This document shows positions 31,861-43,651 of a stretch of 64,000 nt of DNA, in pieces. The DNA lies in NCBI GenBank assembly GCA_963766415.1, contig CAVYAH010000035.1, forward strand, positions 8,773 to 72,772. The letters run 5' to 3'. Numbering within the stretch: position 1 is the stretch's first letter; each line of letters starts with the position of its first letter. This DNA is from an uncultured Alphaproteobacteria bacterium. Lineage in GTDB: Bacteria; Pseudomonadota; Alphaproteobacteria; Sphingomonadales; Sphingomonadaceae. A program made the translations under genes and the position numbers. The notes below the pieces were generated by a model. The model did not search any database. It was not told where the DNA came from and saw only the letters and a program-made list of their open reading frames with translations.

Positions 31861-33285
31861 ATGGGGGCGACACGAGGGAGGCGCGGAGAAGTGCAGGCTG
31901 GAGGGGCCAATTCATCGGCTGAGCTAACTGAGGCGCCGGTTTCGGCGCCATTGGAAGCGGCTTGGGAGTCTATCCGAAACGGCCTTCGCCGCGACCTTGG
32001 AGCGCGCACCTTCGACGGCTGGCTGAAACCGGCCGAGCTCGGGGCTTTCGAGCCTGACAGCGGCACACTCGATCTTGTGATGCCGAGCCAGTTCATGGCG
32101 GACTGGGTTCGGTCGCATTTCGGCGAACGCCTCACTCTCGCCTGGAAGACGGTGCTTCCGATCGTTCGCGACGTGCGCGTGATCGCGGCCGCAGACGCGC
32201 CGCGGCCCGCGCCGCTGCTGATCCTCGAAGAAACCCCGCCGCCCGCCGAACGCGACCCGAACGCGCCCAATTTCGATCCCCGGTATCGTTTCGAGACGTT
32301 CGTGGTCGGAAAGGCCAATGAGGTCGCGGCGACAGCGGCGCGGACGCTCGCAACCTCTCCGACGGTCGGCTTCAACCCGCTTTTCATTCACGGCGGAACG
32401 GGTCGCGGGAAAACCCACCTCCTGCACGCGATCGGTCATGCGTTCCTGGCGCACAACCGCGGCTCGCGGGTCGTGTCGATGTCGGCCGAGAAGTTCATGG
32501 TCGAGTTCATCCGCGCGCTGAAGGAAAACGATACGATCGGCTTCAAGCAGCGGCTGAGGAACGCCGACTTGCTTTTGATCGACGATGTCCAGTTCATTGC
32601 GGGCAAGGATTCGACGCAGGAAGAATTCTTCCACACGATGAACGAGATCATCACGGCCGGCCGGCGGCTGGTGATCACGTCCGATCGCGCGCCTCAGGAC
32701 CTGGACGGGATCGCTCCGCGTATCCTCTCGCGCCTGTCCTGGGGGCTGGTCGCGGACATCAATGCCGCGGATTACGAGCTCCGCTTCAATATCATCTGCG
32801 CCAAGCTGGAGGCGCTGCCGGGCGTCGAGATGCCGCGTCCGGTGATCGATTTCCTCGCCCGCCGTGTGACTTCCTCGATCCGCGAGCTCGAAGGCGCCCT
32901 CAACCGGATCGGCGCTTATGCGATGATGACCGGCCGGGCGATCGACATCGCTTTTGTCGAGGAAGTGCTCGCAAACGTGCTTCGCGCGAACCAGCGCCGC
33001 ATCTCGATCGACGAGATCCAGACGCAGGTCGCCGAACATTACCGAATCCGCAAAGCGGAGATGACGTCGGCGCGTCGCGCGCGTGAAGTTGCGCGGCCAC
33101 GCCAGGTTGCAATGTACCTGTCCAAGCAGCTGACGCCCAAGTCGTTGCCCGATATCGGGCGGCGCTTCGGCGGACGCGATCACACGACGGTGATCCATGC
33201 TGTGCGCCAGATCGAGAAATTGCGCGCGAGCGATGCAGAGCTCGACGCGGACATCCGGTTGTTGACGAGACAGCTGGAGGGCTGA
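31861..33285 (+). CDS. dnaA: Chromosomal replication initiator DnaA
   Basis: [42 protein letters not shown] and [10 protein letters not shown]. Confidence 0.98.
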   Translation: MGATRGRRGEVQAGGANSSAELTEAPVSAPLEAAWESIRNGLRRDLGARTFDGWLKPAELGAFEPDSGTLDLVMPSQFMADWVRSHFGERLTLAWKTVLPIVRDVRVIAAADAPRPAPLLILEETPPPAERDPNAPNFDPRYRFETFVVGKANEVAATAARTLATSPTVGFNPLFIHGGTGRGKTHLLHAIGHAFLAHNRGSRVVSMSAEKFMVEFIRALKENDTIGFKQRLRNADLLLIDDVQFIAGKDSTQEEFFHTMNEIITAGRRLVITSDRAPQDLDGIAPRILSRLSWGLVADINAADYELRFNIICAKLEALPGVEMPRPVIDFLARRVTSSIRELEGALNRIGAYAMMTGRAIDIAFVEEVLANVLRANQRRISIDEIQTQVAEHYRIRKAEMTSARRAREVARPRQVAMYLSKQLTPKSLPDIGRRFGGRDHTTVIHAVRQIEKLRASDAELDADIRLLTRQLEG

Positions 33286-33367
33286 CCGCTCGCGGCACGT
33301 CCACGGAAGTGCCGCAGGCGATCAGAGGGGAGGTGGCCTTTCCGGTCGCCCCGAAACGCCGGGAAGG

Positions 33368-33404
33368 AAAGGGCCCGCCGGAGCAATTCCGGCGGGCCCG
33401 CTTT
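33368..33404. terminator. Bidirectional terminator between dnaA and the exoD-like gene
   Basis: GGGCCCGCCGGA (33371-33382) / TCCGGCGGGCCC (33388-33399), flanked by A and T runs. Confidence 0.8.
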
Positions 33405-33416
33405 CATTCGAGCGGA

Positions 33417-34049
33417 TTAAAACAGCAGCGATGTCAAATATTTGAGCGCGACGACGCCGGAGCCGATGATTAGTGCATCGACGACGAGGCTCAGCGCTCC
33501 AGCGATCGCAGCGACGATGATCAGAGCTCCGTCGCGGTAGATGAGTGCGAGGCCGAACAGCACGATCGCTGCCGCCGGCGCAACGTGGAACAGCGGCACC
33601 GGGATCGCCGCGACCAGCGCGAGGAGGAAGCAGACAAGGCCGACCACCCGTGTCGCCGTCGGTCCGGTCAGGCTCGGAAGTCGCGGCTTGAATATTTGTT
33701 CGACGCGGGCCTCAAGCCAGCCCATTTTCGAAATGAGCCGTTCCAGCTCCCGCTTCTTGACGCCCCGGCGGTTGATGCGCGCCGGGAACCAGGGCGCCGC
33801 GCGACCGAATACCATTTGTGCCGAAACGATCAGGATCGGCAGCGCGAAGAAGGCGCTCGTGCCCGGAGGCAGCGGCAGCACGTTGATGGCGGCGAAGATG
33901 AAAAGGAGGCCGCCCCAGGCCCGGGCATGGAGCTGAGCTGCGAGCTCCGAGAAGGTCAACCGGTCCGGACCATCCTCGGCAATGATCTGGGCGAGCCGCT
34001 GGGAAAGTGCGAGCGGCCGCGAGTGACTGTGCTGGTCGGTGGTCTCCAA
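33417..34049 (-). CDS. ExoD-family exopolysaccharide synthesis membrane protein
   Basis: LLFIFAAINVLPLPPG, SAQMVFGR..PWFP and LALIYRDG. Confidence 0.82.
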   Translation of the reverse strand: METTDQHSHSRPLALSQRLAQIIAEDGPDRLTFSELAAQLHARAWGGLLFIFAAINVLPLPPGTSAFFALPILIVSAQMVFGRAAPWFPARINRRGVKKRELERLISKMGWLEARVEQIFKPRLPSLTGPTATRVVGLVCFLLALVAAIPVPLFHVAPAAAIVLFGLALIYRDGALIIVAAIAGALSLVVDALIIGSGVVALKYLTSLLF

Positions 34050-34064
34050 GGTGCAAATGCCCGC

Positions 34065-35078
34065 TTATTGAATGAGACCGACAGCGGACTTCGCACTGGC
34101 GAGCACCGGAGCTCCGAGCTCGGCCGCGCGCGCCGCTCCGTCGGCAAGGATCCGGTCGAGCTCGGCGGGGTCGCGGCGAAGCTCATCGAGGCGCTCGCGG
34201 ATCGGCGCGATCAGTGCCACCAGCACATCGGCCAGCGCGGGCTTGAATGCCCCGAAACCCTGTCCGGCGAAGCGCGCGAGCACCTCCTCGATGCTCTCGT
34301 CGGTCACGGCCGCGTAGATTCCAACCAGGTTACGCGCTTCGGGCCGTCCCTCGAGCGCCTCGGCATTGTCCGGAAGCGGTTCCGGGTCGGTCTTCGCCTT
34401 GCGGATCTTCTGCGCGATCGTGTCGTCGCTGTCGGTGAGGTGGACCCGGCTCATCTCCGACGGATCCGATTTCGACATCTTCACCAACCCGTCGCGCAGC
34501 GACATGATGCGCGCCGTCGTTCCTCCGCCGATGAACGGCTCCGGCACCACGAAGAGATCGACGTCAAAATCGTTGTTGAACTTGATCGCGATGTCCCGCG
34601 TCAGCTCGACATGCTGCTTCTGATCCTCGCCCACGGGAACGTGGGTAGCCTGGTAGAGGAGGATGTCCGCGGCCTGCAGCACCGGATAATCGAAAAGGGC
34701 AACCGATGCCCCTTCGCGATTCTTGCCGGCCTTGTCCTTCCACTGGGTCATGCGGTTGAGCCAGCCCATGCGGGCGGTTCCATTGAGGATCCACGTCAGC
34801 TCCGAGTGCGCCGGGACGGCGCTCTGCCGGAAGAGGATCGACTTTGCAGGATCGATGCCGCTGGCGATGAGGGCGGCAGCCATCTCGCGAACGTTCGAGT
34901 GAAGCTCGGCGGGGTCGATGTCGACCGTCAGCGCATGAAGGTCGGCGAGGAAGTAGAGACACTCGGTCTCGTCCTGCATCCTCACCCAGCGCAAGATCGC
35001 CCCAAGCAGGTTGCCAAGGTGGAGGTTTCCGGTCGGTTGAATGCCGGAAACGACACGGGTGTGGGGCTCGTTTGTCAT
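34065..35078 (-). CDS. trpS: Tryptophan-tRNA ligase
   Basis: [33 protein letters not shown] and KMSKS. Confidence 0.97.
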   Translation of the reverse strand: MTNEPHTRVVSGIQPTGNLHLGNLLGAILRWVRMQDETECLYFLADLHALTVDIDPAELHSNVREMAAALIASGIDPAKSILFRQSAVPAHSELTWILNGTARMGWLNRMTQWKDKAGKNREGASVALFDYPVLQAADILLYQATHVPVGEDQKQHVELTRDIAIKFNNDFDVDLFVVPEPFIGGGTTARIMSLRDGLVKMSKSDPSEMSRVHLTDSDDTIAQKIRKAKTDPEPLPDNAEALEGRPEARNLVGIYAAVTDESIEEVLARFAGQGFGAFKPALADVLVALIAPIRERLDELRRDPAELDRILADGAARAAELGAPVLASAKSAVGLIQ

Positions 35079-36651
35079 GATTCGCGGCTACGCCTGGTCA
35101 GAAGTTTCACGTCTTCGAGCACGAAAGCGCCGGTCACGAAGCAGGCGATGCCGTAGACGACCGCGCCGGCCGTGACGAGCGCCAGGAGGCCGCCTGCACG
35201 ATGGAGGATCGAGCCGCTGAGGTAAGGGCTGATGAGGGGTGTGACAAAGAAAAGCGCAGCGCCCATCAAGACGGATGCGAGCGCGAGGCGCGGCACGCGC
35301 CGGCGCAGGCGCTTGTCGGCCACGAAATGACCGCGCTTCTTCAGCGTATGGTAGAGCATCCAGACGTTGACGGTTGACGCGAGCGCGGTCGCGAGCGGCG
35401 GTCCGACATGCTTCAAGGGCAGGATGAGCGCGATGTTGAGGGCGAGATTGATCGCAATCGAGATCATCGCGAACCGCATCGGCGTCTTCGTATCGTGGCG
35501 CGCGTAATAGCCGGGGGTCAGCACCTTCACGAGGATGTACGAGGGCAGGCCGATTGAGAAAGCGGCAAGGGCCTGTCCTGTCTTTAGCGCATCCATCGCG
35601 TCGAACCGGCCGTGCTGGAACAGCCCGGTGATGATCGGCACGCCGCAGATCACCAGGGCGACGGTGGCGGGCAGCGTGAAGAAGAGCGCAAGCTCGAGCC
35701 CGCGGTTCTGGGTGATCATGGCTTCATCGTCGGCGCCGCGGCCGAGCTGGTGCGAGATGGTCGGGAGGAGAACGGTGCCGAGCCCGATGCCGATCAGCCC
35801 GAGCGGCAGCTGGTTCAGCCGGTCCGCATAATAGATGTACGAAACCGAGCCGTGCGGCAGCAGCCCGGTCGCGAGCGCACTCGAGACGAGAAGATTGAAC
35901 TGAACCGCCCCGGCTCCAGCTGCCGCCGGGCCGATGAGCTTCATCAGCCGCTTCACGTCGGGACCGAAGCGCGGCATCTTGATCTTGAGGTAGATGCCGT
36001 TCGTCCAGCAGGCCTGGATCAGCCACGCGAGCTGAAGCGCGCCGCCGATCGTGACTGCTATCGCCTGGTTCTCAGCCGTCATCAGCGGCTCATGGGCATG
36101 AAAGAAGAGCAGCGCGACGATCTGCGCTACGTTGAGCAGGATTGGCGCCGCCGCCGCGACCCAGAATTTGTGCAGCGAGTTGAGGATTCCGCCGAGCGAG
36201 CGAGGCGAGCGAGATCAGCATCAGATAGGGGAAGGTGAGTCTGCGACAGCATCACCGCGAAGGCGAACTGTCGGCGCTGACGCCGTGGAAGCCGCCCGAG
36301 ATGAGGTAGGTCGCCGGCCAGGCGAAGACTCCAGCAACAGCAGCGTCATGACGACAAGCGCCGGCAGCAGCACCGACAGTGCGTCCTCGGCGAACTCGAT
36401 GCCGTCGCGGAAGGCCGGCGCCATCCTTGTCGGCGACCTTCTTGTTGAACATCGGGATGAACGCAGCCGAGAAGGCGCCCTCGGCGAAGAGCGCCCGGAA
36501 CATGTTCGGCATTCGCCAAGCGACGGTGAAGGCGTCGGAGGCGAAGTTCGCGCCGACGAACTGGGCGAACAGCATGTCGCGGACGAGGCCAAGCACGCGG
36601 CTTGCGAGGGTAAGCCCGCCGGATAGATCCAAGCGAACGGGCGAGGTTCAT
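35075..36651 (-). CDS. murJ: Lipid II flippase MurJ (frameshifted)
   Basis: [39 protein letters not shown] and YARHDTKTP. Confidence 0.93.
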
Positions 36652-36683
36652 TGGCTGGGAGCCCGCGCGAGAGGCTTTAAAGA

Positions 36684-37223
36684 TCAGCCCTCGCCGGAGC
36701 CTTCGTCGGCCGGCTCGCTTTGCGCGGAACCGTCCGGCGCTGGTACGGACTGGCCCTGCTGCGCCTGGAGCTGCGACACGTAGGCGGCGGTGAAGTCGAT
36801 CGGGTCGAGCAGCAGCGGCGGAAAGCCGGTGTTCGAAACCGCCTCCGCGATCACCTGGCGAGCGAACGGGAAAAGGAGCCGCGGAGCCTCGATGAGGAGG
36901 AACGGCTGTAGCGCTTCATCCGGCACGTTGCGAAGACCGAACAGGCCCGCATAGGTTAGGTCGACGACGAAATGGACGCCGTTGTCCGAGCGCGCCGTCA
37001 CTTCGATCTTCAGCGTGACTTCATGGACGAAATCGCCGGCCGGATTGACGGCGATATTGAACTGCACCTCGAGACCGGGCTGGACCTGCCAGGAAAAGAC
37101 CTGCGGAGCGCTCGGATTTTCGACCGAGAGATCCTTGATATATTGGGCGAGGATCGAAACCTGCGGTTCGTCGCTGTTTTCGCCCGAGCCGTTGCCACTC
37201 GAGGCCGGTTCCTGGTCCGCCAT
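36684..37223 (-). CDS. secB: Protein-export chaperone SecB
   Basis: QYIKDLSVENP, YAGLF, LLFPFARQ and GFPPLLLDPIDF. Confidence 0.95.
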   Translation of the reverse strand: MADQEPASSGNGSGENSDEPQVSILAQYIKDLSVENPSAPQVFSWQVQPGLEVQFNIAVNPAGDFVHEVTLKIEVTARSDNGVHFVVDLTYAGLFGLRNVPDEALQPFLLIEAPRLLFPFARQVIAEAVSNTGFPPLLLDPIDFTAAYVSQLQAQQGQSVPAPDGSAQSEPADEGSGEG

Positions 37224-37405
37224 TAATGCGTCCTTGCAAGCTGTTGCGTAGTGTTGGGGGCCGCCGCTTAAGGGCGGCACGTTCGGAAGCTGCGCCTAGC
37301 AGCCGCGTTTATGGGGCGCAATGCCGCGTTCGTGCGTTGCACGGTGTTGGAATATTTACGCGCTGCACACTATGTTGGGGCGTTGAGACAAATAGGATTC
37401 TGAGC

Positions 37406-38059
37406 TTGACGGTCATTGTCATCCTCGCCCTGGTCGCCTTGTTCATCGGGCTGCGCCTCTACAGCGTGCTCGGCGAGCGTACCGGCCATGAGCAGCAGCC
37501 GATCCTGAAACCGGCAGACCAGGACGCGCGGGTTCATCCGCCCGTCGCTCAGCCGCCGGTCACGCCTCCCACGAGTGACAATAGCGGAGACCTTTCATAT
37601 GTGCCGCTTGCCGGCCCCGGCGTTCGCGCAATCCTCGCGGCCGACCCGAGCTTTGACGTCGCCCGCTTCCTTGAGGGCGCAAAGGCGGCCTACCGGCTGA
37701 TCCTCGAATTCTTCTGGAAGGGCGACGTTGACACGCTGAAGCCCCACGTCGATGCGCACGTCTATGAAACATTTGCGGATGCCGTAGCGCAGCGCAAGAA
37801 GGACGGCCTCACGCTCGACAACCGCCTCGTGACGATCGAGCAGGCGGTGATTTCCGAAGCCGCGGTCGAGCGCTCCGTGGCGATGCTCACGGTCCGCTTC
37901 GAGGCCGACATCGCGGCTATCACGCGCAATTCCGATGGGCAGGTGGTCGCAGGCTCGCTCAGCGATGCAGTTCAGACGCGCGACCTTTGGACGTTCCGGC
38001 GCGACCTTGCCTCGCGCGATCCGAACTGGGTGCTGGTCGAGACCGACGAGGAAGCGTGA
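37406..38059 (+). CDS. Tim44/TimA family adaptor protein
   Basis: LRLYSVLGERTGHE, FLEGAKAAY and WTFRRD....PNWVL; divergent from secB and upstream of mltA. Confidence 0.88.
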   Translation: MTVIVILALVALFIGLRLYSVLGERTGHEQQPILKPADQDARVHPPVAQPPVTPPTSDNSGDLSYVPLAGPGVRAILAADPSFDVARFLEGAKAAYRLILEFFWKGDVDTLKPHVDAHVYETFADAVAQRKKDGLTLDNRLVTIEQAVISEAAVERSVAMLTVRFEADIAAITRNSDGQVVAGSLSDAVQTRDLWTFRRDLASRDPNWVLVETDEEA

Positions 38060-39250
38060 GCTTTGGGTTGAGGCACGTCGCTCGGCGCGAGTTCGCGTTC
38101 GCTTCAGCCTTGCTGCTCGCGGCCTGCGCCGTCCAGCCGCCGCCCGCCGTTACTCCTCCGCCGGCGCCGACACCAACGCCCGTGCCGGTTCCACCGCCAC
38201 CACCCGCCAACGCCCTTGCTGCGGGAATTGCCCTGGTTCCGCCGGCAGCCACGATCTACGACGAATGGGCCCAGCGCGCGCTGACGGCATTCAGGACCTC
38301 TTGTCCGGCCCTTGTTCGCCGGGAGGACCAGTCGGGCCTCGCGCAAGGCCAGGATTGGGCGCCGCTTTGCGCCGAGGCAGCGAGCCTCACTCCGGAGCAA
38401 GCGGCCGCTTTCTTCAAAGACCGTTTCGACTGGGTGCGGGTCGGCAACGGAAAGGCCTTCGCGACCGGCTATTACGAGCCGGAAATTCAAGGCTCGCGCA
38501 TTCCGCAGCCCGGCTACGCGCCGATCTACATGGTGCCTGGCGATCTCGTCCGCTGCACTCGTCCAGACGGCACCAACGGGCGTGGCAGGCTCGATGAGAC
38601 GGGGACCTGCACCTCTTATTTCACTCGTGCGCAAATCGAGGACGGGGCGCTTGCGAACGAGAAGCCTCGAGATCGCCTGGGCCGCCGATCCGATCGATCT
38701 GTTCTTCGTTGAAATCCAGGGGTCCGGCCGCGTCACCTTCCCGGACGGGACGAGCATGCGCCTTGCTTACGCCGATCAGAACGGGCGTCCGATACGTCGC
38801 CATCGGGAAGCTGCTTCGCGACCGCGGGATCCTCCCGCCGGGGGCGCCAGCATGCAGGCGATCAAGGACTGGATTCGCGCCAATCCCGACCAGGGCCGGG
38901 AGCTGATGCGCGAGAATCTGTCTTACATTTTCTTCAAGCGAGCTGACCGGGCCTGGGCCGCTCGGCTGCGCTCGACGTTCCGGTCACGCCGCACGGCACG
39001 GTCGCCGCCGATCCCAAGTTCGTGCCGCTTGGCGCGCCGGTCTATCTCGCCCTCGACCGGCCCGAGGCCTACGGCCTGTGGGTCGCGCAGGACATCGGCG
39101 GCGCGATCAAGGGACCCAACCGGTTCGATACCTTCTGGGGCGCCGGCGTCCGAGGCCGACGCAGACTCGCCGGCGGCATGGCGGCGAACGGCGAGTCGCT
39201 GATTCCTGCTCCCCAAGGGCGCCGCGGCACGTGCGGTCGCTCAGCCCTGA
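38056..39250 (+). CDS. mltA: Membrane-bound lytic transglycosylase MltA (frameshifted)
   Basis: Lipobox LLAAC, ATGYYEP, EIQGSG, ENLSYIFF and AQDIGGAIKGPNRFDTFWG (3D domain). Confidence 0.9.
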
Positions 39251-39771
39251 GGAGACGGCGCTCTGGGCCCGCGTTACGGCGACGATCCGGCCGCTGTCGC
39301 GCGACAGGCACGATGGGGCAGCTGTCGAATGTAACACCTCAACAGAAGGTGACGCCGCAAAGTCGTGCGCAGCCTCGTGCCGCAGCTTCGGCCGCGCGGC
39401 CCCAAGAACGGCGAACGCCCGGTGCAACGCTCGACGGCAGCTGGGATCGTCGGCTGGCAAGCGGCGCTGCTCGAGCCTGACCGGATCGTTCGATCTTCAC
39501 GGCATGAACCTCGACGGCGCATGGCGCGCGATCGACCGGGCGCTCGACCAGGCGCTCGCGCGCGGCGAACGCCTCGTGCTGCTCATTACCGGTCATCAGC
39601 GATCCGGCGAGCCACCGATCCGCCGCGGCGCGATCCGTGCGGCCGTCCATGACTGGCTCGCGGCCTCGCGCCACGCGCGGCGATATTGCGGCGGTCCGCG
39701 GCGCCCATCGACGACACGGCGGAGGCGGAAGCCTCTACATCGTCATCCGGAGGAAAATTCGCGGCCGCTGA
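39231..39771 (+). CDS. Smr domain protein (frameshifted)
   Basis: LSPEETALWARV...I.PL, DLHGM, VLLITG and HGGGGSLY. Confidence 0.85.
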
Positions 39772-39846
39772 CGCTTTCTTAACCCTACACCGGTAGCGCG
39801 TGTGCATGGGCGGGCATCGCCGCTCGCTCGGGGCGCAACGACTGAG

Positions 39847-41532
39847 ATGAAAGCAGGCACGGCCCAGAAGATCAGCAACGCGATTCTGTCGTGCGCCGCT
39901 GGCTTCGCCTCCTTCGTCTTCTCCCTGGGAGCGCTCCTCTATCTGACGGAGTTCGATCAGAAGATGCTGGCAGCGCTCGCTCGCCGGCATGTTCTGCCTA
40001 CTGATCAGCTACGTCGCGGCAGAAAGGCCGAACAGCGAGAGTGCCCGCGCCCTTGCCGCGCTCGGCGACCGGCTTCTGGCGGTTGAGGAGGGCGATCTCG
40101 TTTCGCCGGCTCCGGATTCTGGTCCGAAGAACATGCCGAAGCTCGCTGCCGCCGTGGATACGCTCTTCGCGGAGGTCCGTGCGTCGATCGAAAATGCGCA
40201 CGCGCTCGGCATGTACGATCCCGTGACTTCGCTTCCGAACCGGCTTCATTTCCGTTCCGAAGCCGACAAGCTGCTCTCTGAGGCTACAGACGGAATGAGC
40301 TCGGCGATGCTGTTCGTCGATCTCGACCGCTTCAAGATGGTCAACGACAGCCTCGGACATGCGCGCGGCGACCAGCTCCTGATCATGGTCGCGAACCGCC
40401 TTCGCGTAGTCGTCAACGCCGAGTTCACCGGCAACTCGCGTGCCCGGCCGCTGCTCGCTCGCCTGGCCGGCGACGAGTTCACGATTGTTCTTCCCGGAGA
40501 TCGGGTCAAGTGAGGAGATCGACCGGATCTCGCGCCGTATCGTCCTTGCAATTTCGGAATCGTTCGAACTTTGCTCGCATAGCGTCGACATCGGAGCTTC
40601 AGTCGGTGTCGCTTCGTCGCCGGAGCATGGCACGAGCATCGAAGCTCTGATGCGAGCGGCGGACATTGCCATGTACCGCGCGAAGTCGGTCGGCGGCGGC
40701 CAGCACTGCTTGTTCAATGCCGCTCTCGCCTCGGAACACCAGGAGCGGATCGACACCGAAAAGGCACTGACGGAGGCCATGCAGCGCGACGAGTTCGTGC
40801 TCGCCTTCCAACCGCAGATGAGCCTGGTGACCGGCGAGCTCGTGCGGCGCGGAAGCGCTGCTTCGCTGGAACCACCCGCGCGAAGGCCTGAGGCTTCCAT
40901 CGACCTTCATTCCGGTCGCAGAGCGGACCGGCCTGATCTCCGACATCGGCGAATGGGTCATTGGCGAGGTCGCAGCGACGCTCGGTAGTTGGCGCGCCAA
41001 TGGCTTCACCGGCCGCGTCTCGTTCAACATCAGTCCGCGCCAGGCCGACAGGCCGGACTTCTTCCTGAGGCTCCGTCAGACCTTCGGCGATGCCGATGTG
41101 CCGCTGTCGATGGTCGAGCTCGAGTTCACCGAAAGCGCGGCCATGGAGGTCAGCTCGGCGGTGATCGAGGAGATAGCCAGCTTCCGCAGTGACGGAGCCC
41201 GCATCGCCATTGACGATTTCGGTACCGGCTATTCGAACATCGCCCGGCTTCGCTCCATGCCGCTCGACCGAGTGAAGCTCGACCCCTCGCTGATCGCCGA
41301 CATCGAAACGGACGAGACGGCGCGCGTGGTCGTCCAGGCGGTGATCCAACTGATCAAGGGCGTCGGCTGCGAGGTGGTCGCGGAGGCCGTGGAGACGGTC
41401 GCACAGGCGGACATCCTGCGCGCAATGGGCTGCGACACCGTCCAGGGTTTCATCTTCGCTCCCGCCATGTTCGAGCACGAATTCCTCGCCTGGACCGCGA
41501 GCACCCGCGAGGCCGACAAGTCCGTCGCTTAG
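39847..41532 (+). CDS. Membrane-anchored GGDEF-EAL diguanylate cyclase/phosphodiesterase (frameshifted)
   Basis: [45 protein letters not shown] (alternate frame), IDDFGTGYS and VAEAVE. Confidence 0.88.
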
Positions 41533-42655
41533 CCCAGCACCTTGTGCACAATTCGTTCGTAGATGCTCGAGAGGACGCGAATGTCGTCGATCGCGGCGCA
41601 TTCGCCGACCTTGTGCATGGTCGCGTTTGGAAGACCGAAGTCGACGACCGGGCAAAGCTGGATAAGGAAGCGCCCGTCGGACGTGCCGCCGCTGGTCGAC
41701 AGCTCCGGCGCGATTCCGGTTTCTTCGTGGATCGCCTCGACCACCACGTCGTAGAGCTTGCCTGGCGGGGTAAGGAAGGCTTCGCCCGAGATGCGGGCTC
41801 TGACCGCCGCACCTGGCGCCTCGCGCTCGGCGATCTCCTCGACCAGCTTGACGAGGTCGGCGCCTCGCTGAAGGTTGTTGAAGCGTATGTTGAGCTGCGC
41901 GGTTGCCGAGCCGGGAATGACGTTGCTGGCGTTGGTCGGCGTCGAGATGGACGTGAACTCGAGGTTCGAGGGCGGGAATTGCTCGGTGCCATCGTCGAGG
42001 TGCAGGGAATCCAGCGCCGCGACTACCCGGGCGAGGGGCGCGATTGGGTTCTTGCGCCCGGTGCGGATAGGCGACATGGCCCTGAACGCCGGGCACCTCG
42101 ATCCACATGTTGACTGAGCCGCGGCGGCCGATTTTCACGGTGTCGCCGAGGCGATCGACCGACGTGGGCTCGCCGATCAGGACCATGTCGGGCTTGATCT
42201 GCCGCTCGCTTCAGCCAATCGATGATCCGCGGCGTGCCGTAGAGGGAATAGCCTTCCTCGTCGCCGGTGATGAGGAACGAGACCGTCCCGCCGGTCTGGT
42301 CGACACGTGAAATCGCGGCGGCAAAGGCGGCGATGGCGCTCTTCATGTCATTGGCGCCGCGGCCGATCAGCAGTCCGTCCCGGATTTCGGCGCCGAAGGG
42401 GTCGGCGCTCCAGCCTTCGCCCGGCGGCACTACGTCGAGGTGGCCGGCAAAGCCAAAATGCGGAGAGCCCTCACCGCGGATCGCGACCATGTTCTCAGTG
42501 GGCCCGTCGGGCGCCTCGCCCATGACCCAGCGATGCATGGTGAACCCGAGCGGCTTCAGCGCCGCTTCGAGCACGTCGAACACTTGTCCCCGCGCGGGTG
42601 TGACGCTCGGACAGCGAATCAGCTGGGCGGCAAGCTCCACGGGATCGATCGACAT
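41529..42655 (-). CDS. dapE: Succinyl-diaminopimelate desuccinylase (frameshifted)
   Basis: [35 protein letters not shown] and GGTSDGRF. Confidence 0.93.
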
Positions 42656-42746
42656 TGAAGCTGCCGTAGCAACCATGCTGGTCGAGGCAAGCAAAGCTGG
42701 TCGATCCAATCGTCACCGTCTTGGGTGAAGTACGTCCAGGGTCGGC

Positions 42747-43098
42747 TCAGTCGAACAATGTGTCGGAGTTCGAGCTTCTCGAAGGTGAGATTGACACACC
42801 GGCTTCCCCCCGGGCGCGTGCGATGGCGAACGCCCTTGGGCACGGTCAGGAACTCGCCGGGGCGGAGTGTGACCTTACGATTCTCCAGCTCGATCACGAG
42901 CTTCCCCTCGACGCAGAAGAAGGTTTCGTCGGAATCGGGGTGCCGGTGCCAGGGAAAAGCGCTCGTCATGACGCTCATCCGGATCTCATGATCGTTGACC
43001 GACGCAATACGCTGGTTGTGATAAGCATCATTGATGCTGCGGCTTATCCGCAGCGGGTCGACGGAAACCGGCGGCGCGGGATGTGCTGGCTTGTCCAT
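42747..43098 (-). CDS. Cupin domain protein (3' end uncertain)
   Basis: FPWHRHPDSDETF...GKL...PGEFLTVPKGVRHR. Confidence 0.8.
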
Positions 43099-43187
43099 TC
43101 GTTGATCTTGTTGGTTGGGGCCGCCGAATTCCAATAGAAGTCGAGGCGGCGCCCATCAGGCGCGTTTATGGCAGCGGAGCAAAAGGA

Positions 43188-43637
43188 ATGCCCAGGATCG
43201 ATCTCGATTCCATCGAACAGAGCAACCGCACGGGCTACCCGTCACCGTTCGATGAGGACGTTCAGGGGCGCTGGTACCGCCGGCTAGCGCCTGCGGCCGG
43301 GCTCACCGATTTCGGAGCCAGCCATGTGACGTTGAAGCCCGGCGCCTGGTCGTCTCAGCGGCATTGGCACAATGGGGAGGACGAGTTCCTCGTCATGCTG
43401 GAGGGAGAGGCGGTGCTCATTGAAGATGGTGGCCGCACGGTCCTTCGCATCGGTGACTGCGCCGCCTGGCCCAAGGGCAGCACCAATGGCCATCACCTGA
43501 TCAACGAGAGCGAAGGCGATTGCCGGTTCGTCGTCGTTGGCGGCGGGACGAACACGGGCGGGGGCTATTCGGACATCGACCTCATGTTCACTCCTGAGGG
43601 CAAATATGTCCACAAGGACGGCACGCCTTATCCTTGA
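43188..43637 (+). CDS. Cupin domain protein
   Basis: GLTDFG, PGAWSSQRHWH..EDEF and NGHHLINES. Confidence 0.88.
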   Translation: MPRIDLDSIEQSNRTGYPSPFDEDVQGRWYRRLAPAAGLTDFGASHVTLKPGAWSSQRHWHNGEDEFLVMLEGEAVLIEDGGRTVLRIGDCAAWPKGSTNGHHLINESEGDCRFVVVGGGTNTGGGYSDIDLMFTPEGKYVHKDGTPYP

Positions 43638-43651
43638 GGCGAGGCGCCCGC

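Noticed and set aside
38130-38210. CCG-rich repeat-like stretch
   Set aside because: It encodes the Pro-rich linker after the MltA lipobox and is not a DNA repeat element.
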